From a virus (Duplodnaviria > Caudoviricetes): 50,476 nt of DNA. The notes beneath the pieces were generated by a model. That model was given only the letters and a program-made list of their open reading frames with translations, was not told where the DNA came from and ran no database searches. Both the position numbers and the translations under genes were made by a program. The stretch is taken from IMG/VR virus record IMGVR_UViG_3300003635_000005, positions 1 to 50,476 of that record; one strand, given 5' to 3'. Positions 1-9,076 of this stretch are shown here, piece by piece (the first letter of the stretch is position 1; each line of letters begins with the position of its first letter).

Positions 1-99
1 CACGTTTGACCTCCCGGACGGATCCGAGAGCCGCGAGTATCCCGCGGGCACGTGGTTTATGGGTGTCCAATTCACGGACGAGGCGTGGGACCGTATCAA
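1..99. repeat. Exact 99-bp copy of the contig end (circularisation overlap)
   Basis: 1-99 is identical to 50378-50476 and falls inside a continuous ORF; 99 is a common assembler k-mer size. Confidence 0.95.
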
Positions 100-931
100 A
101 TCCGGTGACTTGACCGGGTTTAGCATATACGGTGAGGCCGAAAACACTCCCGTTGCGGAGATCCTCGGCCTTAGCGAGTCCGCCAAAGAGGTGGACCGCT
201 CCGGTGCCGCCGAGGTGACGCTTGCCAAAGATGACGAGGGCACCGACAAGACAAACATGGAGGACACCAGCAAGCAACTCTCCCCGGACGTGCTTGCCTC
301 GGTGGCCGCCGAGTTTGAGACCTTTCTTGAGGAGACCGGAGCCGACGAGGAGGACGCCAGCATGGCGGACTTTCTTGAGTGGGCCGAGGACTCTCAAGAG
401 GAGGACGAGGACGAGGAGGACACCGAGGAGGACGGCACGGACGAGGACGAGGACAACGAGGACGAGGAGACAAGCATGAGCGACAACGACAACGACAACG
501 AAAGCAAGGAGGAGGAGGCCAGCGAGGCCGAGACCTCCAACGAGACCGAGGACGAGAGCACGGAGGATATGCTCAAGTCCATCAAGAGCACCGTGGAGGA
601 CAACAACGAGGCCGTCAAGTCGGTCAAGAGCCGCGTGGACACTCTTGAGGAGCGCGTTGAGGATCTTGAGAGCAAGTCCGCCGACGAGACCGAGGACGGC
701 ACGGAGGAGACCGCCGAGGCCAGCGAGGCCGAGGCCGAAAAGACCGAGGAGGATCTCACCGAGGCCGCCGAGGAGGCCGTCAAGTCCATCCTCGGGCTTG
801 ATGACCTCCCCGATGACCCCGAGGAGCGGCAAGAGGTTGTCCGCAAGGGTCTCGTGGAGGCCGAGGACGGTGCGGAGGAGGTCCAGACAATCGGTTTCAC
901 CGAGGAGGACATTGAGGGGGCAATCCAATGA
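1..931 (+). CDS. 3' part of prohead protease/scaffold (continues from 49785 across the join)
   Basis: In frame with 49785-50476; W..IKSG.LTGFSI.G motif of XkdF-like phage serine proteases, then an acidic coiled-coil region; directly upstream of MCP. Confidence 0.85.
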   Translation, partial: TFDLPDGSESREYPAGTWFMGVQFTDEAWDRIKSGDLTGFSIYGEAENTPVAEILGLSESAKEVDRSGAAEVTLAKDDEGTDKTNMEDTSKQLSPDVLASVAAEFETFLEETGADEEDASMADFLEWAEDSQEEDEDEEDTEEDGTDEDEDNEDEETSMSDNDNDNESKEEEASEAETSNETEDESTEDMLKSIKSTVEDNNEAVKSVKSRVDTLEERVEDLESKSADETEDGTEETAEASEAEAEKTEEDLTEAAEEAVKSILGLDDLPDDPEERQEVVRKGLVEAEDGAEEVQTIGFTEEDIEGAIQ

Positions 932-2127
932 GCGTTGCACGCAATCACAAGAGCGGAGTTGTAAAGAGCGCCGGTGCTGGCGGAGAAATCAACAACCGTG
1001 AGGCGCAAGTGGCGCACCGCCGGTGTTTCCACAACCTCATGGACGAGGTGCAAAAGGGTGCTGGCCTCCCCGGAGACCAAGTGCCCTATTGGGATCCGAT
1101 GGGATTCCTCAACTCCCGTGGTGAGGCCCTTGACCTCAAGACGCCTCTTTTCAAGAAGTATCAAGAGGCGTTTGAGACCTTCAACCGTATGCAACGGGAG
1201 GGTCACGCGGTCAAGGACGCCGCCGAGGAGGTGAGCAAGCAAATCGGCACCACGTCCTACTCCATGCCGATTTTCTTCACCCCGGACGTTTTCATCACCG
1301 ACGAGGAGGACACTCCTCTTGCGGACATGATGGCCCGGACGGCGGTGCAAGAAAACCAAATCAAGGTGGACGAGATCACCGAGACCGGCAACGCCGCCTC
1401 GTTTGCGGAGCCGAGTGGCGGCGGTGAGACGTGGCCGGAAAATGACGACACCACGGCCAACCTCACGTATGACGTGGTGAGTTACGGACGGCAAAACTCC
1501 GTCACGGACTTTCTCCAACTCTCAGCCAGCACGCTCCGGTCTCACCGGGCACTCACCGAGGAGCAACAAGTCCGTGCAATCCGGCAATATGAGGAGGCAC
1601 AACTCATTGTCGGCAAGGGCAACGTGGACACCGGCGTGACGGCCAATGACGCCAGCGGGTTTGACGGCCTCACGGATCTTGCGGCCAGCGAGGGCAACAC
1701 CACGGACGCCTCGGGGAGCACAATCTCCATTGATGACGTGCGCCGGCAAATCGAGAGCCTCCGGCGCAACGGCACCGCACGTGACAACATCCTCCACGTG
1801 ACGGACCACAAGACTTTCCGTGACCTCCATACGGATCTCACGGACTTTACCCGGTATGAGAGTCCGGGGAGCGAGTTGGACTTTGGGTTTGAGACGCTCA
1901 TGATTGACGGCACTCCGGTCATGGAGAGCCACGGATCTCCCTACGTTGACGGGGAGCGTCTCTTTACCTCGTTTGACGCCTCGGCGCACTACATGGGTAT
2001 GTTGCAAGACGTGACCATGCACCCGCTGGCGCGTGACTCTCCGCAAGAGCAATTCGCAACGGACGCTTACGGCACGCTCGTGAGTGAAAGCCCCTCGCGT
2101 GTTGAGGTCACGCACAACCTCGCATAG
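928..2127 (+). CDS. Major capsid protein (HK97 fold)
   Basis: 399 aa, follows protease/scaffold; F.GL motif and C-terminal pattern typical of HK97-like MCPs. Confidence 0.85.
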   Translation: MSVARNHKSGVVKSAGAGGEINNREAQVAHRRCFHNLMDEVQKGAGLPGDQVPYWDPMGFLNSRGEALDLKTPLFKKYQEAFETFNRMQREGHAVKDAAEEVSKQIGTTSYSMPIFFTPDVFITDEEDTPLADMMARTAVQENQIKVDEITETGNAASFAEPSGGGETWPENDDTTANLTYDVVSYGRQNSVTDFLQLSASTLRSHRALTEEQQVRAIRQYEEAQLIVGKGNVDTGVTANDASGFDGLTDLAASEGNTTDASGSTISIDDVRRQIESLRRNGTARDNILHVTDHKTFRDLHTDLTDFTRYESPGSELDFGFETLMIDGTPVMESHGSPYVDGERLFTSFDASAHYMGMLQDVTMHPLARDSPQEQFATDAYGTLVSESPSRVEVTHNLA

Positions 2128-2139
2128 AGGATCTCACTC

Positions 2140-2403
2140 ATGACCAACGCAATCAACTCGGTGTCCGCAATCCCCAACCTTGACGCCGAGGTGTATGTGA
2201 CCACGGTGACGCTTGACGCCGGGAGCGCCACCCTCACTTACACCGACGTGGACGGGATTGACGAGGCTCTCGGCGTTGAGCCGTTTGTCTTTGTCACCGG
2301 ACCCACCGGCGGGGAGAGCGTCACCAGCAAGGGAGCGAGTCAAGCGACAATCAACGGAGACACCACCGATGACGTGGAGTGTCTCCTCGTGGTGCCGCGG
2401 TAA
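2140..2403 (+). CDS. Small beta-rich virion protein (possible head decoration)
   Basis: 87 aa directly after MCP; T/V-rich. Confidence 0.5.
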   Translation: MTNAINSVSAIPNLDAEVYVTTVTLDAGSATLTYTDVDGIDEALGVEPFVFVTGPTGGESVTSKGASQATINGDTTDDVECLLVVPR

Positions 2404-2447
2404 GGCACCCGAGGCTCTTTAGCCAACCCCGGCTTTTTCTTGCGTGC

Positions 2448-2972
2448 ATGAGCGACATTGAGGACGCACCAGCACCCCGCGAGATTGGAGACGGTCTTGA
2501 GGTGCGGTGCCCGGAGTGCGGCGGAGAGCCAAACTATCAACCGGACGAGGCGCTTGAGGTGCAAGAGCGGCTCCAATCAAACGGGTATCTCCACAACGAC
2601 ATTAACATCAAATGCACGGAGTGCGGGCACTCGTGGCCGCATGGCGTGCCTCGTGGAGAGTGGGACGGGTATGAGGATCTTGAGTGTGGAGCGTGCGGTC
2701 ACGAGACCATGTTGGTCCACCGGGTGCGGCTTTCGGATCCGCCGGGAGACGGTGAGGGTGAGGTGACGCTCCACCTCAAGTGCCCGGAGTGCTACAAGTT
2801 TGACCGGACGGCCCGCAAGATGGACCGCAACGGTGTCTCGCTGGTGGGATACCCGCAACTCACCGGAGAGATTGATTCAACGGTCAACCCGTATGGGTGG
2901 CTCCCGGATAGGCACGGGCAACCGGAGCGTGCCGAGGGTGGCCTTGAGGAGCGGCCAGCGGACGAGGGCTAA
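2448..2972 (+). CDS. Multi-CxxC zinc-finger protein
   Basis: CPEC, CTEC, CGAC, CPEC; ATG ~30 nt after a CTCTTTA TATA-like box, consistent with a leaderless transcript. Confidence 0.7.
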   Translation: MSDIEDAPAPREIGDGLEVRCPECGGEPNYQPDEALEVQERLQSNGYLHNDINIKCTECGHSWPHGVPRGEWDGYEDLECGACGHETMLVHRVRLSDPPGDGEGEVTLHLKCPECYKFDRTARKMDRNGVSLVGYPQLTGEIDSTVNPYGWLPDRHGQPERAEGGLEERPADEG

Positions 2973-2977
2973 CCGGG

Positions 2978-3052
2978 CACTATCTCACCAACCGATATAC
3001 TTATGGTCTCCCCTACTCAAGGGAGTGTATGGTGAGCCAAACCATGTCCGAC
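2978..3052 (+). repeat. Cassette promoter/leader repeat, copy 1
   Basis: CACTATCTCAC..CCGATA..TTATGGTCTCCCCTACTCAAGG...TATGGTGAGCCAAACCATGTCCGAC shared with copies at 12389, 35425 and 42575. Confidence 0.95.
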
Positions 3053-3658
3053 GAGAGCGAGACCGAGTTTAGCGTTGGAGACACCGTTGAGGTCCGATAT
3101 ACCGGCTCTTTCCGTGGCCGGGAGCACGTTGCGGAGGGCACCGTTGTTGAGGATCCATACCAGCACCGGAGCACGCCGGAGGGTGCGCTTGACCTTGAGT
3201 GCGTCAACGAGGACGGGGAGACCTACAAGGCCCGAGTCAAGGAGGACGGACGCTTTAGCGGTCTCCACCACGCCACGCAACGTCATGACCACCGCAAGGG
3301 GAGCGTGGAGGAGGTCACGCTCGTGGAGCCGGCGGAGACCGAGACCGAGTTGACCAACGAGTTTGACACCGTGGACGAGGCCGTGGAGGCCGCCGAGGAT
3401 CTCCACGAGGCCATGGACGAGGTGAGCGGCAAGCCGCACGTCCACGTCAAGCGGCTTGACGAGGACGCCGTGGAGACCGGCTTTGCCGAGGGAGCCGTCA
3501 CGCTCCGCCTCACCACCCGCAACACGCGGCTCTCCACGGAGGCCATGCGAGTGCTGGCGGACCACGAGGCCGAGGTGGAGTATATCGGGGAGAGCGAGAC
3601 GTGGATTGGTGAGGAGTGGCTCCTTTGGGTGCCCGTGGAGCGCCTCGCGGACAACTAA
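3029..3658 (+). CDS. Cassette cargo protein, hypothetical (SH3-like N-terminus; alternative start 3044)
   Basis: Acidic ORF starting inside repeat copy 1; GDTVEVRY..EGTV pattern. Confidence 0.75.
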   Translation: MVSQTMSDESETEFSVGDTVEVRYTGSFRGREHVAEGTVVEDPYQHRSTPEGALDLECVNEDGETYKARVKEDGRFSGLHHATQRHDHRKGSVEEVTLVEPAETETELTNEFDTVDEAVEAAEDLHEAMDEVSGKPHVHVKRLDEDAVETGFAEGAVTLRLTTRNTRLSTEAMRVLADHEAEVEYIGESETWIGEEWLLWVPVERLADN

Positions 3659-3682
3659 CCCGGCCAGCGGCTCCTTTTCGGT

Positions 3683-3715
3683 GCAAACCTCTATGTGAGA
3701 GCGCCGGCCACACTC
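3683..3715 (+). promoter_or_regulatory. Conserved restart (putative late) promoter L1
   Basis: GCAAACCTCTWTGTGAGAGCGCCGGCCACACTC, 32/33 identical to 13331-13363; core GTGAGAGCGCCG starts 25 nt before the ATG. Confidence 0.8.
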
Positions 3716-3719
3716 TCTC

Positions 3720-4457
3720 ATGCCCGAGACCACGCTCGTGGACACCAGCACGTATTACGGCACGGTGGACGAGGTGGAGACGTGGGTGCGTAACAAGGAG
3801 TTTAGCGGCACCACGGACCTCACCACCACCAACATAGAGGACAAACTCAAGAGAGCGAGTGACCGGATTGACCAACTCACCGGCAAGGCGTGGCGGGAGC
3901 GCAAGGTGGTCAATTGGGAGGTCTCTCCGTCAATCTCGCACGAGCAAAAACGATACTACAAGACGGCCCAACCTCGCTCCTCACCAGCGGGATTCATGGA
4001 GCCAATAGATCCGTGGACCCTAATCAACTTGCAAGGCCGCTTTATCAAGTCCATCACCTCGGGTGACGGAGACGCCATTGAGATCCTCCTCCCACGCGAG
4101 GCGGTGGACATTACCGACGAGGAGGGCCGTGCGGACGGGGAGTGGCACCTTGACGAGACGCAAGGCAAACTCTATGTGGACGTGGGCAACTTTGCGGTGG
4201 GTCCGGTGCGTGGTGGTGGCCTCGTGGCCCGGCCTCGCGTGCGGCTCACGTATCGGTATGGCCGTGACACAATCCCGGAGCGTATCAACGAGGCGGCAAG
4301 CAAGTGGGTGGCGGCGGATCTAATCAATACGGACTCTTACGGTGCCGTCCTCGGCGGCGGCCCGGACAACGTGCCGGACATGACCACCGGAGCGAGTGAG
4401 TTGTTTGCTGGTGCCATGGGAGTGCTCAATCAAGAGTCCGCAAAGCGGATCCTCTAA
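3720..4457 (+). CDS. Head-tail adaptor protein
   Basis: Y.TVDEV N-terminus, A...ID..TG motif, V.LTY.YG....P..I..A motif; position after MCP. Confidence 0.7.
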   Translation: MPETTLVDTSTYYGTVDEVETWVRNKEFSGTTDLTTTNIEDKLKRASDRIDQLTGKAWRERKVVNWEVSPSISHEQKRYYKTAQPRSSPAGFMEPIDPWTLINLQGRFIKSITSGDGDAIEILLPREAVDITDEEGRADGEWHLDETQGKLYVDVGNFAVGPVRGGGLVARPRVRLTYRYGRDTIPERINEAASKWVAADLINTDSYGAVLGGGPDNVPDMTTGASELFAGAMGVLNQESAKRIL

Positions 4458-4459
4458 CC

Positions 4460-5011
4460 ATGCCCGGTCAAGTTGAGTTTAACCACAACCGCTCCACGCA
4501 ACAAGAGATAATCGCTCAATTGGAGGCCGGCGGCGTGGTGACTTACACCACGGACTATGCTCACCACGTTGAATTTGACTCGTTTTGGGGAGCCTCTCCG
4601 CCGCCGTTTGAGCCGCTCCGTGCGTGGGTCCACCGCAAGTGGCCGGATCTTGACGGTGGCCTCAAGGACGCCGGACTCTCTCCGGGTATCAAGCCGGGGA
4701 GTGAGCGCCACAAGGACGGCGTGACGTGGGTGGTCATCAACTCAATCAAGTCCACGGGGATTGCTGGCGTTTTCTATGGCCGGCGCTCGTTGGATTATGG
4801 GAGATCTCGTGCGTCCGCGGTGGCCGGCAAGTATGAGGGCACCGATGACCCACGGGCCTCCTTTAAGATTGTGGAGGATATACTTGACCTCATGTTTGCC
4901 CGCTCTCAAGAGATTGTGGCCGAGGAGGCCAGCGATACCGGCAACCTCCTCCAATCCGGCCTCGTGGAGTTAGCCAACCAAATTGACGAGTTACCCACGG
5001 TGGACTCATGA
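4460..5011 (+). CDS. Neck/tail completion protein (HK97 gp10-like)
   Basis: YA.HVEF, PP..PL..WV.RK and DTGNL..S motifs; position. Confidence 0.55.
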   Translation: MPGQVEFNHNRSTQQEIIAQLEAGGVVTYTTDYAHHVEFDSFWGASPPPFEPLRAWVHRKWPDLDGGLKDAGLSPGIKPGSERHKDGVTWVVINSIKSTGIAGVFYGRRSLDYGRSRASAVAGKYEGTDDPRASFKIVEDILDLMFARSQEIVAEEASDTGNLLQSGLVELANQIDELPTVDS

Positions 5012-5481
5012 GCCTCTTTAACGTCACGTGGGACGTGGCTCCGCTGGTGCTCAACTACATTGACACCAATTGGGGCACCTTTGCCGAGTCCTCCGGGCCA
5101 GCAAAGCCGGAGAAAATCCGCCTCGTCACCGAGGACGAAAACGGCAACCCGGTCAAGGGGTGGGATCCGGCAAGCCATGACTATATCCTCATTAGCGAGA
5201 GCGGAGAGCGGACCATGGAGCCGATTGACGGCCCGAGGGACGCTTATGACCTCGGTGCCACGTGCAACGTCCGCATAACCACTCCCACCTCACGAGCGAG
5301 GCGCACGGATCTCTATGAGGAGTTGCTCGTGCTGGCAAAGCACGCACGCAAGCGGAGTGACGCCACGCCGGGCAATTGGGACACCGTTGACTATGAGCCT
5401 ATCAACGTGCCGGACGAGGACTTTCGGTGGTGGCACTTTGAGGGTGCGTGGGTTTTCTCCGCCGAGGCCCGGACAATATAG
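5008..5481 (+). CDS. Putative tail terminator protein
   Basis: 157 aa immediately upstream of the tail tube gene. Confidence 0.5.
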   Translation: MSLFNVTWDVAPLVLNYIDTNWGTFAESSGPAKPEKIRLVTEDENGNPVKGWDPASHDYILISESGERTMEPIDGPRDAYDLGATCNVRITTPTSRARRTDLYEELLVLAKHARKRSDATPGNWDTVDYEPINVPDEDFRWWHFEGAWVFSAEARTI

Positions 5482-5526
5482 GCTTGCCATAAAGGGGGGT
5501 GTTTTGAGTATATAAGGAGTTGCTAC

Positions 5527-5567
5527 TATCTCACCGGCCTTGAGATACCGCTTTGTGAGAGCGCCGG
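5527..5567 (+). promoter_or_regulatory. TATCTCA-N7-TGAGATA inverted site plus restart promoter core
   Basis: Inverted repeat at 5527-5547; CTTTGTGAGAGCGCCGG at 5551-5567 upstream of the tail tube ATG. Confidence 0.7.
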
Positions 5568-5584
5568 TGAGGAGAGAGTAAGCC

Positions 5585-6598
5585 ATGGCGGATCCATACA
5601 AGAGCGAGGACACACAATTGGCCGTGGGCACGGAGGACACTCAAGGCACCGCCGTTGCACCCACGCGGGTTTTCGGCAAGGTGGCGGAGGACGCCACCCC
5701 GCCGGACCCCGAGGTGGCATGGGAGCCAATTAGGGTCATCGGCGGAGACCGTGAGGTTTTCCAAATGCACGAGGGCCAGCACGAGTATCAAGGCGGAGAT
5801 ATACCCGTCATCCTCATTGACGGTGCGCCGCTGGCCTATGCGTTTGGGAGCGAGACCGTCAACGCGGACGAGGATCTTGACGGTGGGAGCGAGACGGGCA
5901 CCACCACCCACATACTCACGCCGAAAATGGACGGCAAGCCGCCGTCTCAAACGATTGAGGCGGTGTATTACGGACGTGGTGGCGGCACCGACTTTGTGAG
6001 GACTTTCCCCGGCGGCACCGTCAACGAGTGCGAGATCTCCACCAACAATGATGACGAGTTGACGGCCTCACTCTCATATTGGGCCATGGGAGTGACGCCG
6101 GGCACCTCCCCAACCGGATCCATCACGGTGCCCGACCGCAACCCGTGGCTCTTTTCGGACGCCGCAAGTCAACTCTCGCTCTTTGGCACGTCCTTTGCCC
6201 GGTTTGTCTCGTTTACCTATACGCTCTCCAACAACCTTGAGGAGGGCCGGTATATCGCACCGGATAGTGACCACCCGAGTGGAGACGCCAAAGATCCGTT
6301 TGAGATAACGTATGGCAACGCGGGCCACGAGTTGTCCGCCACCATTGCGGTGGAGGATAACGCTCTCTATACGGAGTTGGTCAACGGCACCGCTGGTGGT
6401 TTCACCGCGGTGATTGAGTTTGAGCGGCCCAACGGTGACAACCTCCGTATCACCCTCACCGGGTGCCAAATCACCTCCGCTCCTCACGACATACCGGCGG
6501 ACGCCAGCAAGATTGAGGTGGAGGTCTCAATCACCGTCGAGTCCGCGGAGATCCGCGTTGAAGATAGCAACTCCGCGGGCACGGGATACCTCGCATAA
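5585..6598 (+). CDS. Major tail tube protein
   Basis: E.T.GTAV.P N-terminus typical of siphovirus tube proteins; followed by chaperone and tape measure. Confidence 0.8.
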   Translation: MADPYKSEDTQLAVGTEDTQGTAVAPTRVFGKVAEDATPPDPEVAWEPIRVIGGDREVFQMHEGQHEYQGGDIPVILIDGAPLAYAFGSETVNADEDLDGGSETGTTTHILTPKMDGKPPSQTIEAVYYGRGGGTDFVRTFPGGTVNECEISTNNDDELTASLSYWAMGVTPGTSPTGSITVPDRNPWLFSDAASQLSLFGTSFARFVSFTYTLSNNLEEGRYIAPDSDHPSGDAKDPFEITYGNAGHELSATIAVEDNALYTELVNGTAGGFTAVIEFERPNGDNLRITLTGCQITSAPHDIPADASKIEVEVSITVESAEIRVEDSNSAGTGYLA

Positions 6599-6627
6599 AC
6601 CACATACCACTATACACAACTCTAACC

Positions 6628-7104
6628 ATGAGCGACAACCAGCAACTCCACGACACAACCGGCGCACCGGACGCAACCAACGAGGACGGCCTCCCACCCG
6701 CACTCCGTGACCGTATCACGGAGACTCTCGGTGAGGACGCCAATGCACGCATGGCCACGGCCAGCGAGGTCACGGTTGATGACAACAAGACCACGTGGGA
6801 GGTGATTGAGTGGGAGCAAGACGGAGAGACCGTTGTGTGGGGTGTTGAGTTGAGTGAGATCTCGTGGCAAGAGAAAAACCGGATTTTCAAGGACAACGTG
6901 AGTCAAGTGGGAGGCTCCGGGCAACTCCAAATTGACACCTATTACCGGGAGGTGGCCGAGGCCATGATTGAGTCCCATACGCTTGAGGACACCATGGGCC
7001 TCACCACAATCCTCACCGGCCTCAAGGTGGACGTTGGAGAAAAGTTGGAGCCGCACCTCCCGGATCCGGTGGGCCAACTTGAGGAGGAGGAGGCAAAAAA
7101 CTAA
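6628..7104 (+). CDS. Tail assembly chaperone (gpG-like)
   Basis: Between tube and tape measure; ends on a slippery heptamer. Confidence 0.75.
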   Translation: MSDNQQLHDTTGAPDATNEDGLPPALRDRITETLGEDANARMATASEVTVDDNKTTWEVIEWEQDGETVVWGVELSEISWQEKNRIFKDNVSQVGGSGQLQIDTYYREVAEAMIESHTLEDTMGLTTILTGLKVDVGEKLEPHLPDPVGQLEEEEAKN

Positions 7105-7454
7105 AAGCGGCTCTCCGCCGCTCAAAGCCGGATAGTTTGGAGGTCATCAAACACAAACCCATGGTAATTGAGACACTCCTCGTCAAAGAGGCCGGGTTGG
7201 ATCTCGCGGACCTCCGCGGTGAGACGGTCCACGAGACGCACGAGGAGCCACGCACGGGAGTGCTGGCATGGGTCCGCTCCAAACTCCCCGGCATGGACCG
7301 CGGCACCGTCACGCGGCACGTGAGCAAGGAGACGCCGGGCATGACGGAGCGGGAGGTGCTCCAACGGTGGCTCCTCCACAACGAGCATGAGCGCATGATT
7401 GAGGAGGCCGAAAAAGAGGCGGCCAACAAGGCGGAGAGCAAAGCGAGACACTAA
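7095..7454 (+). CDS. -1 frameshift extension of the tail chaperone (gpGT-like)
   Basis: A AAA AAC at 7095-7101 just before TAA; the -1 frame is open from there to 7454. Confidence 0.8.
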   Translation, partial: KKLKAALRRSKPDSLEVIKHKPMVIETLLVKEAGLDLADLRGETVHETHEEPRTGVLAWVRSKLPGMDRGTVTRHVSKETPGMTEREVLQRWLLHNEHERMIEEAEKEAANKAESKARH

Positions 7455-8617
7455 TGGTAACAATAGGATCTCTCACGTGGGTTGCAAAGGTTGAGGGTGC
7501 GAGTCAAGCCCAACGCAAGGCCGACAACGTGGCCGATAGTATGCAAGAGGCCGACGAAAAGGCCAGCGGACTCAACTCTCGGTTGGGTCAAACCGGCTCC
7601 CGGCTCAAGGCCGGCGGCAAGCGTGCCCGGAGCCTCGGCACTCGCATGACTCGGTTGACCGGGATTATGGGACTCGTCACCAGCGGTCTCTTTTTCCTCG
7701 GCTCTCAAGCCACCGCGGCGTGGGCCGCAATCGGCGGCTTGTCCGGCATAGTGGCAACACTCACCGGAGCGTTTTCCACCGCGGTTGGCCTCGTGAGCGG
7801 GTTTATCTCGTGGTTGGCCGCCGGGAGCGCCGGTGCCCTCGCGTTTGCTGGTGCCCTCGGTGCCGCCGTGGGGTTGTTTGTCGTTTGGATCCTCCACATA
7901 ACCGGGGTGATGGATTGGGTCCGCCGCCTCGGCCAAATGATAGGCTCCTCGCTCCCCGCGTGGGCACGTGATGGACTCACCGCTCTCATTGCAATCTTTG
8001 CCGGCCCGCTGGCCGTCATCGGCGGGTTTATCAACGGTTTCATTGAGGGCACCATGAAAGGTGGCCTCGTGCAAGGGATTAGGACCGGCGTGGAGCGTGC
8101 CAAACAAGTGTTTGATACGCTGGCCGGAGCCGTGGACCGCACCGTTGGACGTGCGGCGGACTTTATCACCAACGGTCTCTCCGGTGTTGGTGAGGCCGCC
8201 GCCGAGGGCCTAAGAGGCACCTTCAACTCCATAATCCCCGACCGTCTCAATATCCCGTCCATAACCATTGGCGGCGGGAGCGTGGCCGGTCAAGATCTCC
8301 CGAGTGCCACGATTGGTGGCGGCCACCTTGACATACCGCAACTCCAAACGGGTGGCATGATTGAGCGCACGGGTGTTTTCCTCGGTCACGCTGGTGAGCG
8401 CGTGCTCAACACCGCCGAGGTGAGCCGCACCGGCTCCGGCGGCGGCCCGGATCCGGTTGGGGGTGGCGGCGGCATGGACATAGAGATCTCCGTGGAGTTT
8501 GGAGACCAAACCCTTGACTTGTCCAACCTCACGCAAGCGGACAAGGAGGAGATTGCCCGCCTCGTGGCCGAGGAGACGGGCCGTGAGGTGGAGAGCACCA
8601 TTGGGGGTGGACTATGA
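7454..8617 (+). CDS. Tape measure protein (short, 387 aa)
   Basis: A/G-rich helical with hydrophobic stretches; C-terminal LQTGG....G..L.H.GE.VL motif; position. Confidence 0.8.
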   Translation: MVTIGSLTWVAKVEGASQAQRKADNVADSMQEADEKASGLNSRLGQTGSRLKAGGKRARSLGTRMTRLTGIMGLVTSGLFFLGSQATAAWAAIGGLSGIVATLTGAFSTAVGLVSGFISWLAAGSAGALAFAGALGAAVGLFVVWILHITGVMDWVRRLGQMIGSSLPAWARDGLTALIAIFAGPLAVIGGFINGFIEGTMKGGLVQGIRTGVERAKQVFDTLAGAVDRTVGRAADFITNGLSGVGEAAAEGLRGTFNSIIPDRLNIPSITIGGGSVAGQDLPSATIGGGHLDIPQLQTGGMIERTGVFLGHAGERVLNTAEVSRTGSGGGPDPVGGGGGMDIEISVEFGDQTLDLSNLTQADKEEIARLVAEETGREVESTIGGGL

Positions 8618-9069
8618 CCTCCACGGGTATCACGTTGGACAAAAATGACGGCACCGAGTCCTTTACGCTCAAGGTCAACAACGTCAAGGTCTCGGTGAGC
8701 AACTCCGTCATAATCAAGAGCATACTCTCCGCCGTGGGTGGCCTCGCTGGTGCCAACCCCGTGCTCTCAAAGGAGACTTACCAACTCTCGGTGGTCATCA
8801 AGGACATGGAGGCCGCCGATTATCCCAACTCGGGCACCTACTCCGTCACTCCCAACACCCACGCTTATGGCCAGCACAACGAGTTGCTCCGGGCCGCTCG
8901 TGAGTGGGGGCCAACCACCGCGGACGGCCTTGACACCCTCAACTATGATGGACGGAGCATTGGTGGTGTCATATCGGATCTCCAATTGAGCGAGGACCGC
9001 ACGAGCGACAACCAGCGGCAATACACCGGCACGTTGGAGTTTACTCACTTTGACGTTTACATAGGGTGA
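8614..9069 (+). CDS. Putative distal tail protein
   Basis: 151 aa directly after the tape measure gene. Confidence 0.5.
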   Translation: MTSTGITLDKNDGTESFTLKVNNVKVSVSNSVIIKSILSAVGGLAGANPVLSKETYQLSVVIKDMEAADYPNSGTYSVTPNTHAYGQHNELLRAAREWGPTTADGLDTLNYDGRSIGGVISDLQLSEDRTSDNQRQYTGTLEFTHFDVYIG

Positions 9070-9076
9070 TATTGCT

